Shown: positions 53,201-64,000 of the stretch, in pieces
Position numbering within the stretch: position 1 is the first letter of the stretch
Layout of the letters: each line of letters starts with the position of its first letter
Origin: Eledone cirrhosa
Taxonomy: Eukaryota
Direction of reading: 5' to 3'
Assembly: GCA_964016885.1 (NCBI GenBank)
Contig: OZ024750.1
Location: 186,001 to 250,000 of the forward strand
DNA: 64,000 bases
Position numbers and translations under genes: made by a program
The notes under the pieces: model-generated
Seen by the model: only the letters and a program-made list of their open reading frames with translations
Told to the model about the DNA's origin: nothing
Database searches by the model: none

Positions 53201-53950
53201 CAAGAGAGATATTTATACATGAATTAATTTCTCTCTGGAAGATTTCGTTGAGGGAAATTTTCAATTGTTTATACTTTTGATTATTATCATTATCGATAGT
53301 ATTTTCCACAACAGTCGAGGTAGACTCGGATGGTACACGTGGTGTCAAATTTCTTCGATTATTATTATTATCGATCGTATTTTCCCCAGCATTCGAGGTA
53401 GACTTAGATGGTACAGGTGGTGTCAAGTTTCTTACAGGCATAGTTGTTTCAAGGCACTGTTCGACCTGGCTGCTAGGAAGTCTAGTAGCATGGCGACTTG
53501 TAGCACGTGTTGTTGATCCCATGTTTGTTGTGGGGGACTTACAATTAATACTATTTATCCTATTTTTACGTTCAACAAACGTCGCTTGTTGGCGTAATTG
53601 TTTCGCTGTGAAAGAATTTAGCTCTGGATGCATTTCGTCCCAGTGTACCTTCATTCTGTTCATATAGCCAATGGAGGGATTGGTTTTTTGCCATTTTATA
53701 ACAATTAAATAAATCATTATTAAGTTCGCAACTCCAAGAGAAATGCGATTTATAATTTCGCATTCTTCTGTAGCTACAACTGAATAAAGTTTGTTTACCT
53801 TTCTTGTTGTTTGTCTTCGATACTTCCTTAATTTTGTTGTTGATGTTGTGTTCAGCCATGCTGTTTGTAACAAAACCTTGTAAAATGAATTATGTATTTA
53901 GTCGGATATCCCTACGAATTCGAATAAAAGGTGTCTTCAGAAGATATAGT
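50270..53950 (-). mobile_element. R4/Dong-like RLE non-LTR retrotransposon, near full length, decayed
   Basis: YRPIAC, WLDYRKAFDSVPHSW, GIFQRDSLS, FFVDD, CRLC..EDITHVISSC..RHD, NRPDIMIWD..VVEISCP; several frameshifts. Confidence 0.9.
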
Positions 53951-55219
53951 TAGAAGAATAACCAGTTATTCAACATGACTGTAGTTGTGGCATTACTGTC
54001 GGAGATAGTATTCATCTTAAATTTAATAAATAGTTTCCCACGCCAAAATATGCGACTGATCGCGTTGACTATATAGTATGTGTGTATGTTGTATGTATGT
54101 ATGTGTGTGTGTATGTATGTATGTTTGTGTGTTAATATATGTGTATGTATGTATGTATGAAAGGTTGACTTCATCAACTCTGCTCTTCTCCCAAATTTGC
54201 TGTCTCTTTACCTAAATTGGAAATCAATATATATAACGTCCGATTCGCTCCAGTTACAAATATGCTAATATCGATTTCTGATTTAGACACAAGGCCAGCA
54301 GGTTTTGTGTGTGGGGGGGGGGGGGGGGGTAAATTGATTAAATTAACTCTAGTACATTACTGGTACTTGATTTTATCGACCCCGTAAGGATAAAAGACAA
54401 AGTTAACCTCGGCGAGATTTGAACTCAGAACGTAGAAAGTCATAGCTACATACCTACGTTACATGTATTATCCCACATTTTACCGATTCTGCCATTCCAT
54501 GCCCACCCTCCTCCAATTTGCTAATTAATATTAAAATTTATATTTTTTAAATTGATAATTTATTTAACAATATCTCACAACCTTTACATTTTTTATATGA
54601 AACCGATTTTATAAACCATAAAATATCCATTAAAATTAATAAAAAAATCCCATAGACTATTTATTCTAAAATGATATCATCTTTTCTGGCATGTAGGACA
54701 ATTGCTACGAATGGTTCTAGACACTCCTCTCCTTTCTCAGCCTTCAGTTTTGTATTTATTTGAGGAATCGTTATCACACAAAACAAACCTGTTCCTGAAA
54801 CTATGTGTAACCTATGTAGCCAGTTTTAACAGATTTATTATTTTTATAGTATTAAATCTTGGGAACAAGGAAATAGTGGTTTCTGATGAAAGACAGAGTA
54901 GATTCTGCCAATCCACTGCCCTCGTTTGTTCTATATGAGAATATATTGATCAATAGGTCAGAATTTACACGTCAGCATAAAAACTAAACTACGGCCGTCA
55001 TTCAAAATCAAGTATGCTTTGGTAGTGTGCATCATGCTTTCGCTAATGGTGTCTAGATGTCCATGCAGTCTTGACCAGACACAAATGCCCTCTCAACCCC
55101 CTCCCTTCCTTGATTCATCGGCACATCCAAGATGTGACATCTGCAAGGAAAGACGGCAACATGAATGCTGAGCTGGTACTTTGTTTATCAACCCTGATGT
55201 TTGGTACTTTGTTTATCGA

Positions 55220-55730
55220 CCTCCATGATCATGAAACAGCGTCTCCGGTGGTCAGGTCACAGGGTAGGCCTAGAAGATAGCATACTTCCAAAACAAGTAT
55301 TGCATGGAGAACTGTTACAAGGCAAAAGCCTTCAGTGCTTTAAAGACTGCCTGAAAGATATCCTGAATTAGGTCAACATCAACTTTTAAAAAAATAGGAA
55401 AATCTTGCACAGACATAGACTTTTAGTGAAATCTGATTGTTACCGGTGTTAAAGAATTTGAAAAGAAGCAGAGAGCCCATGCTGAGGTGAACTGAGCAGC
55501 TAAATATATGGATGGTGTTTGTCCAGAACGGGATTCAAAAGAGATTCTACCTGTGTGGGATGCAGACGTGCATGTATATCAAAGTCTGGGTTACTAAGCC
55601 AGAGCAGACGTTATACCCATGGACATAACACCTTTCAGTACCCCATACACCTTGATCTTGCATGTAGCATCTGTATCAAAGTGTATCACTCTACAGGTGG
55701 GCTAACATGACACAACAAAGTATGCCACGC
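55220..55730 (+). mobile_element. Highly decayed RTE 3' fragment with C2H2 fingers
   Basis: CVGCRRACISKSGLLS..CSICIKVYHSTGGLT resembles the RTE C-terminus at 10531. Confidence 0.55.
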
Positions 55731-55799
55731 CAATGAAACTCAAGTAGGTGGGACTGTTACAAACTGTGTGGTATATGTAAGTCACTTCCTGCTATTGCT

Positions 55800-57700
55800 G
55801 CCAGACCTTCCCACCAACCACACGACCAATGTTCTACGTTCAAGCGTAACAGTCGACGGCGAGAAGCTGCACGCGGTGTGACGAGCCCCAACAGCCCTTA
55901 CTGGCACCTACGGGCTTTCAAGTATGAACAAAACGTTAATTACTCGATGCGCTCTGACATAAATATAGGCGAGATGCGCTTCAATTGCCAATTCTGCAAT
56001 GCTACAAAGTGGGCTGGGGAGCCACCTGCAATGTGCTGCTTAAACGGTAAGGTCACCTTGCCCCCTCTTACGGAACCGCCAGAGCCTTTGAAGGAACTAC
56101 TGACTGGTTATACCTCAAGGTCAAAAAAAAAAAACCTGAACCCCCACCCCCAATAAAAAACGCTCCTGGGGTACCGGAAAAACTTTTGTAACGAATTTGA
56201 TTCTCGCTAAGATTCGTCAGGAGAAAAAAGTTGCGTTGTCCGTTGCATCGCTGCTACTTTGCTGCTGGGAGGCAGGACAGCACATTCAACCTTTAAACTC
56301 CCTTTGGATTTAATAAAAACTGAGACACCAACATGCAATATCAGCAAGAGTTCACACAAAGCTCTGGTTCTCAAAAGATGTTGCCTCAATGTTTGGGATG
56401 AGTGCACAATGGCACACAAGGGTGCCCTTGAGGCATTGGACAAGGCCTGGAAAGACATTAGGGATTCTACGGCTCCTATGGGTGGCGTAACCCTTCTGCT
56501 ATCAGGGGATTTTCGGAAAACGCTGCCTGTCATCCCCAAATGGACAAGAGCTGATGAAGTGCGTGCCTGTCTTAAGTCGTCCATGTTGTGGCTCCAGGTG
56601 AATAGTTTGTACCTGAGCACAAATATGCGTGCTCATTTGCATGGTGACAACATGTCTGCAGCACAGAACATTTTAACACTTGGTGAGGGCAAGATCCCTG
56701 CGGATGACAAGGGCGGCATAGCAATCGACACCCTGTGCAACATTGTGAGCAGCCCTTCTGACCTTTGGGAAGCAGTTTTTCCTAATGACTCATCGAACTT
56801 TAAAAACCTCGATTGGCTCAGCGAAAGAGCCATCCTTGCTCCGAAAAATACTATGGTTAATTTTATTAACGAGCAGCTGAATGAGAAGATTCCCGGTAAA
56901 GAGCACATCTTCAAATCAGACCCCGACGATATCGTTAATTATCCGGTTGAGTTATTAAATCTCCTTGAGCCCCCAGGGCTCCCACCTCACATTATTAAGT
57001 TTAGGGTTGGCTGTCCCATTATGCTAATAAGGAACTTGCGTCCACCAAAGCTGTGCAACGGTACTCGCATGGTCGTCAAGTCACTGACACCCACTTGATT
57101 GAGGCCACCATTGTAACGGGGTGCGGAAGAGGGGAGAATGTTTTCATTCCAAGGATGAACCTTTTCCCCTCGGCGTCAGATATCCCGTTTGATCCCATGT
57201 TTTGCCATGTCCATTAACAAGTCACAAGGGCAAACATTGTCGGTGGCGGGCATCCATTTGGGGGAGCCATGCTTCTCCCATGGCCAACTTTATGTTGCCT
57301 GTTCCCGCGCAGGGAGCAGGAATGGACTTTTTGCTTACTCTCCTCAAGGGATGACACGCAATATCGTCTACAAAGAGGTGCTATAGATGTTGGTGCAGGT
57401 GTTGGAGCTATGCCGTCTGGAACACTATTTCCTGGTAGGGTCTCCCATGGCGGACAGATCTGACACCCAGCGGCATCAGGGCCACCATCTTGCAACTTTG
57501 GTCTACTAAATTCGCTATTGGAAGATTATTAACCTATCATTGATTGACCAAAATGCTAATTAGTTCGTAACTTTTAATAACCGGTTCAACTGCTTTATGC
57601 ACTTAATTGATAAGCTTATTCGCTTTCAAACCACGTTTACCTGTATGTAACTTTTCATAGCAAATGAACAAACCCGAGCAACGCCGGGCTAAACTGCTAG
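55800..57700 (+). mobile_element. Decayed Helitron (N-terminal Zn motif plus PIF1-type helicase; Rep domain deleted)
   Basis: CQFC..CCLNGKV; APG-TGKT, GGRTAHSTFKLP, WDEC, GDFR, LCNGTR, FAMSINKSQGQT, FSHGQLYVA; 3' hairpin cccgagcaacgccggg plus CTAG|T at 57697-57701. Confidence 0.92.
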
Positions 57701-58044
57701 TGTATGTATATATGTATGTTCTTCTGGTTTTATAATTTCACAAATTTTTACCAATAGAGAGAGAATCGGTTTCTAACATAGACACAAGACTCTCTCATTG
57801 GAATTTACACATCAACTGGGTAGATATGTATGTATGTCTGCATTTGTAGATATGGATGTTATTGTATGTGTGGATGTGTATGTTTTGAGTTGTATGTGTG
57901 CATGTGTATATGCAGTTATTAGATGCAAAATTTTTGGAATATGTATGTACGTATATATGTATGTATGTACGTATATATGTATGTATGTACGTATGTTTGT
58001 GTGTGAGTGTATGTATGTATATACGTATCTATGTATGTATGTCC

Positions 58045-58455
58045 GGGAGAGATGACCCCTTAGCCTTTGTCAAGGCAGAATTCTAGGAGAAGGAAAACTC
58101 TGATATAACACCTACAACCCTGATGGTATCCAATGATGTTGACTTGTTCTTCTTTTTGGTAAATATCACCTTGGTTAAGAGAGTGGGACTGGCTTTGTGC
58201 AGTGCCTTTGCTCACTATAAAAGCTTCACGGCACAGGCATTGCTTTATATCTGGAGATCTCTTTGCCCTTGTTGTCACATGGTAACATGGGCCCAGCACT
58301 ATGTGTCAATAATTGTCACAAGTGTAGTGTTTGTACCAGAGTTTTCAAGTCGCTGGCTGGACAAAAAAGTCACACTCGTTCAGCGCATCGGTGGGGGTTC
58401 TCCTACATGGATATAAAGTAGTGGCCGTACTCGAAAACGAGTTGGCAGCCACCAT
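58045..58455 (+). mobile_element. Non-autonomous RTE-related element, 5'-truncated
   Basis: Reverse complement of 47818-48230, followed by (TATG)n. Confidence 0.85.
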
Positions 58456-58782
58456 GTATGTATGTATGTATGTATGTATGTATGTATGTATGTATGTATG
58501 TATGTATGTATGTATGTACGTACGTACGTATGTACGTACGTACGTACATATGTGTTCATGCATGTCGGTATTTACGTTCTCCCACCTGTATTTTGAAAAC
58601 CTATCACAATAAAGACGAAGCCGGTTACGATAAGTCTCGTTCATTGTTAAGATAATATCCGGAATCTAAAATTTCGACATCATGAACTTGATAGATCTCT
58701 GTGGGGTGGTTGTCGTGCGTAGATAATCAGCACACATTACACACACACACACACACACATACACACACACACACACACATAC

Positions 58783-58870
<88 letters not shown>

Positions 58871-59296
58871 TCTCGTGTATTAACTGATTTTATTGTGACT
58901 TAGCTATGATTTGAAACTCTACTCTCATATTCTTCTTCACCCACGGAAGAAGAAGAAAAAGAAAAAGAAAAAGAAAAAGAAAAAGAAAAAGAAAGAAAAA
59001 GAAAAAGAAAAAGAAGAAGAAGAAGAATTTGTTCTGTTTTACACCGTCTTGGTTTTGTGGGCAACTCACAAAAAGAAGATGGCGTAAAACAACAAAACTG
59101 TTGAAGTCACAGACTGCGTGACGAAAGAGCTTTTACAACAACTAAACAGTCATCCGGTTATTAAACTAACCGATGGGGAAATTATAATAAATTGAAGTGA
59201 AACATGAAATTATATTCACAATTTTATTGTTTACGAGGCGACGATTTTTTACCCGCGACAAAATCTAATATTGGTCACCTCCAATACTTCTTACAT

Positions 59297-59535
59297 GTTA
59301 TTGCTGTTGTTGTTGTTATTGTTGCTGTTGTTATTGTTGCTGCTGTTGTTGTTGTTATTGCTATTGTTGTTATTGTTGTTGCTGCTGTTGTTATTGTTGT
59401 TGCTGGTGTTGTTGTTGTTGCTGTTGTTGTTACATATTGTTCTTATAGTTGTTGCTGTTATTGATGTTGTTGTTCCTGTTATTGTTGTTTATTCTTTGAT
59501 TTGTTATTGTTATTATCTATATTGTTGTTGTTATT
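59297..59535. repeat. (GTT)n-type microsatellite
   Basis: Direct inspection. Confidence 0.9.
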
Positions 59536-61681
59536 TATTCTTTAATTTGTTAATTACAAATAATTGTAAAATTGTTTAATTACAATTTTTATCTCTTTTC
59601 TATCTTGTCTCTTTCTTTGTTATTTCTGCGATCAGTCGTTACTCTTAACACTAATTCCTTCTCGTGAACCCACACACACACATACATACATATATTTCTA
59701 AACATTTTGTCAGTGCTTTCGATCTTTTAACCATCATTTACCATATAAGCACATGTAATATTTAAGATCAAATATAAACTTACAGCGCAAAATTAGATTT
59801 AGAACTACACAAGTATGGCCGAACTACACGTTTAAATAATTGCCTCTACTTTCGGCACAAGGTCCAGAAATTTTGAAGAAGGGAAAATCGATAAATCGAT
59901 CCTACTGAGCCACTGGTGCTTTATTTATCGATCCCGTAAGGATGAAAGGCAAAGTTAACCTTGACTGCTCCCAAACCAAATGCTGCTGGTACACATTGAA
60001 AATATTCTTTATATTACTATGTAACATAACACCACAAGAGTTCTCTTGTTAGTTCAGCTTCTTGTTTGTTACCTTTCAGTAATAGTTTCATTTCTAAATA
60101 CCTATTCGCTAATATATATATTGCAGACCTTATTCTCGCGTGGAGCAACAAGGCCACCTGGGAGACATACACTTCTTTAATGAAAAGATATTATGGTGCA
60201 ATATGGACGTAACTACCTACTTTAATTCAATAGATCCTCAAGGACAGACATTAAGGCTGTGAGAAAACAGCACAATTCATAAACTACACAACTTACGTCT
60301 TACTTGTATAATCACTGATAGCTTTAGCTGTTTTGTTGTAAGTCTTTTTTTTATGGCGATCACACATTCTCCACATGCTTAAGGCAATAAAGACTAGATT
60401 TTATTTCACAGCCAGAAAATACTTAAAACATGAAAAAAGCTATTAATTTTATAATACATAAATATTCTATACACACATCTAGGACAGTGCATTCATCACA
60501 ACTTCGCAATTTCGAACTGTATACAAAAATGTAGCCGTATGACTAATATGGAAATTTCTATTTCGTATGCGCTGAGTCACTGAAGTAGCCTCTACGTAGT
60601 TGTTGAACTTGTTAGAAATAACAGTCAAATCTCCAGAGTAACAAGACTCACCTCTTAGCCATAATAAAGAATATTTAAACCCTATTTCGGTATTAAGAAC
60701 TCATTCTCACGTCTGTCAATCTCTCTCGGATATGTCCGTTTTTCCGTGTCTTCGCCCACCATTTAAAAAAATTAATTCTACAAGATCTTAGCCGCGCGGA
60801 AGATTCTTTCAAATTGATATGTTTTAAACGTTACACCGCAACTACCACCACTACTATCATCACAACCACTACAACCAATACCACCACTATTACCACTGCC
60901 ACAACCAAGCAAGTAGCTTAATTCTTAATCACAAAACTTTTAATAGCGTCACCAATCCGCAATTGACGCAGCGTTGTGAATACGGCTACACCCATGAAGA
61001 CATGACCAAAACAAACAGAAAGCGATGGAGATCAACCAGGGAGGGGTTCCGCCAACAAAAATGAGAAGACCATGGATTACATTGAATTAGATAAGAGCTT
61101 CAGTCATGTATCTATTGATAAGTAAGAAGAATATAGTGCAATACGTGACTTCGTGCTGTTGAAAGAAACTAACTTACCACGTTTTGGGGGGAAATATAAA
61201 ATTTGGGAGGCCTTCGTTTCTGGAAACAGTCTAAGTTTGATATTGAGTGTTTAAACTGTATTAGATGACACTTTTATGTGGAGTGTTAAGGGTGAATTAT
61301 ATGTCATTGGCGTAAGAGAGTGTGTGGTTAAACGTATTGAAATAACAATAGGCTGGCTAATCAATGTACACAAAAGCTGATAAAAACGTAGGAAGGAAAA
61401 GAAAAAAAACCTTCACCCAAGAATATTCCTTTCCTATTTAAGAAATGATAGGAAGGTTGACGCTATAAGCGAGTTAAGACAGATTGGTTATGGGGCGATG
61501 GTTTATCGGGATTTGATTTAATATTTAGGAAGTGAACAACAACAGCAGCAATCTCTTATCATTTTTAATGGAATGATGAGAGGAAATGTGACATCATAGA
61601 AGTGAGTAATGTTTAAACGGACATCTGTATGGCGTTAGATAAGACAGATCAACATCTGATAATGGCTTTAGTCTTTTGAAC

Positions 61682-62046
61682 GGTGGTAGTGGTAGTGGTA
61701 GTAGTGGTGGTGGTGCTGGTAGTAGTGGTAGTAATGGTGGTAGTAGTAATGGTGGTAGTAGTGGTGGTGGTAGTAGTGGTGGCGGTAGTGCTGGGACTGG
61801 TAGTAGTGGTGGTGCTGGTAGTGGTGGTAGTGGTGGTGGTGGTAGTGGCGGCGGTGGTAGTGGTGGTGGTGGTTGTGGTGGTGGTGATGGCGGTGGTGGT
61901 GGTGGCGGTAGTAGTGGTGGTTGTGTGGTAGTGTGGTGGTGGTAGTGGCGGTAGTGGTGGTAGTAGTGGTGGCGGTGGTGGTGGTAGTGGTGTGGTATTG
62001 GTAGTAGTGGTAGTGATGGTAGTGTGGTATTGGTAGTGGTGGTGGT
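61682..62046. repeat. (GGT/AGT)n microsatellite
   Basis: Direct inspection. Confidence 0.9.
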
Positions 62047-62198
62047 ATAAGTTATAGTCCGGCATAATATAAGTTATCGTAAGCAAAAGATTTAGATTGG
62101 TTGGCAATTCTCCAGGGTCACAGTTTATTAGGTCAGTCTCGTGATTCAGGACAGAAACAATACACACATACATACACAGATACATACATACAGTAGCA

Positions 62199-62266
<68 letters not shown>

Positions 62267-64000
62267 TCACACAACAACGCAGATAAGCATGTCACGCATA
62301 TACATACATACAGGTTGTTTTATGAATCATTATGTCGCATATCTGTTGTTGGTTTCTAATTTAGGCACAAGGCCAGCAAATTTTAACTGGTACTTTATTT
62401 TATCGATCCCGGAAGAATGAAAAGTAAAGTTGACTATGGCGTGATTTGAACCCAGATCATAAATAATACATGTTATATTAGATTCCACAAAGTAATTTAT
62501 CTGACGAGTCTGTCACACCCCTCCACCCCACACACCCATTCCATCCCAACAACATACCCTCCACCACCCCTCATGTCACCAATATATAGTGTTATATACC
62601 AAGGCAGCAACTATATTTTACATTGATTGTTGTGTGATATTTAAAAGACAGACGTAATAGAGAGACGTAACAACAGAAATGTTCCACAGCTCTCAAAGAT
62701 AAACAATTCTACACAATGATTCCTATTTTTTAGGTCATATCAAACAATAAATATATTAACAATACTCGAAATACTATTGTACTCTGAGAGTGATGTGAAG
62801 TCGAGCTATCGACACTGCAACCTGCTAATAAGAGAAGCCAAAACTTTCACCATCCGGTCCCGTCGCAGGAGGCACTGGATGGCACTGGGTGGCATTGGAT
62901 GGAACTGGATGACACTGATCCCTATGTCAATACTTTTCAATGGTGCACCCTCAGATTTATGGAAGTATGATTATAACGATCCCAGTATTTTATTGATACT
63001 TTATTCTATCGACACTTGAAGTATGAAAGGCAGCCACAAAGTGTTTTGTTCGACGCTCTAAAGATTCTGCCAATCCCCCGCACCATCGACCAAGATCGCC
63101 TCTAATAATAATTTCTATTTTTGGCACAATGCCAACAATTTGAAGAGAAGGGTGAGTTGATTATATCGACATCAGTACTTAAATGGTACTTTATTTTATC
63201 GACCACGGAAAAAGAAAAAGCAAAGTTGACTTTGGTGGGATTTGAACTCAGAGCGTCGAAATCCGGAACAAATACTGCAAGGCATTGTATCTGACATTGT
63301 AACAACTCTGCCAATTGGCCGTAATATATTATGGCGTGAAAAAGACTAAAACATTCACGTAGCTGTCACAATAGCTGTTGATAAAGATCAGAAAATTAAT
63401 AAGCTCCTGACAGAGAGCCAACAAGTATGTCATGAAACGGAAGTAGGGTATTGTCTTTACTAGGTTACATTCGTCTTTTGAGAAGAGATATATTGTGACG
63501 TCTGGCATACCTCCAGTTGTTATCTGTGACGTCTGGCATATCTCCAGTTTGTTATCTATCACAATTGACTGGGTCACGCTCGTAATATCCGACACATTAA
63601 ACACACTTAGATACATAAGTACATTCACACACACGGAATGCATCTCCGTCGGTTTCAACGATGATTGTTCAATCTATGGATCAGCTTGCTCATGATACTA
63701 ATGAGGATGTGGCTAAGCCCTCCACAGACACGTGCAGTCAAATGTAATTCTCAAGGAGATCAAATGCGGCACAGTGTTTGACAAGGCTGGTCCTTTGAAT
63801 TACAGACAATCTTTTCGATAAATTTCTAAAAACAGTTTCCGTCAACCCAATTTCACCGACAATGGTCGACCTGTGGTTAAGATAAGACGTAGAATGTTCG
63901 CATTAGCTGGACATGTGAACCGTCACAATGAAGCAGAGATCTTTTCTGGAAAGCTGATGTGTGCAGACAAGTTGGGAAACCAACCACAACGCTGAAGGAT

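Overview
AT-rich, microsatellite-dense eukaryotic DNA. The repeat spectrum (abundant tRNA-derived SINEs, RTE-type LINEs, (TA)n/(CATA)n/(CAT)n tracts) suggests a coleoid cephalopod such as Octopus; this is an inference. There are two host genes. (1) The last three coding exons of a PYROXD2-like oxidoreductase (+, 707-4241). (2) A compact, apparently intronless 188-aa ORF (+, 38608-39174), which is the most interesting feature. It carries two PKA pseudosubstrate (RRNAL) repeats resembling the heat-stable inhibitor PKI, a PKA site (RRLS) and a PKI-type nuclear export signal. It sits behind a CRE / GC-box / CArG / TATA promoter and ahead of an AU-rich 3' region, so it looks like an immediate-early, bivalent PKA-feedback inhibitor. 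The rest is transposon-derived: RTE-type LINEs (two families), a GC-rich CRE-clade element, an R4/Dong-like element, a Tx1/L1 fragment, a mariner remnant, mariner/pogo/hAT MITEs, a decayed Helitron with a cognate non-autonomous Helitron, a solo LTR, SINEs, several hammerhead-ribozyme-like Penelope-type termini, and mini/microsatellites. Most short ORFs in the track are microsatellite artefacts. TE boundaries are approximate unless termini are quoted.
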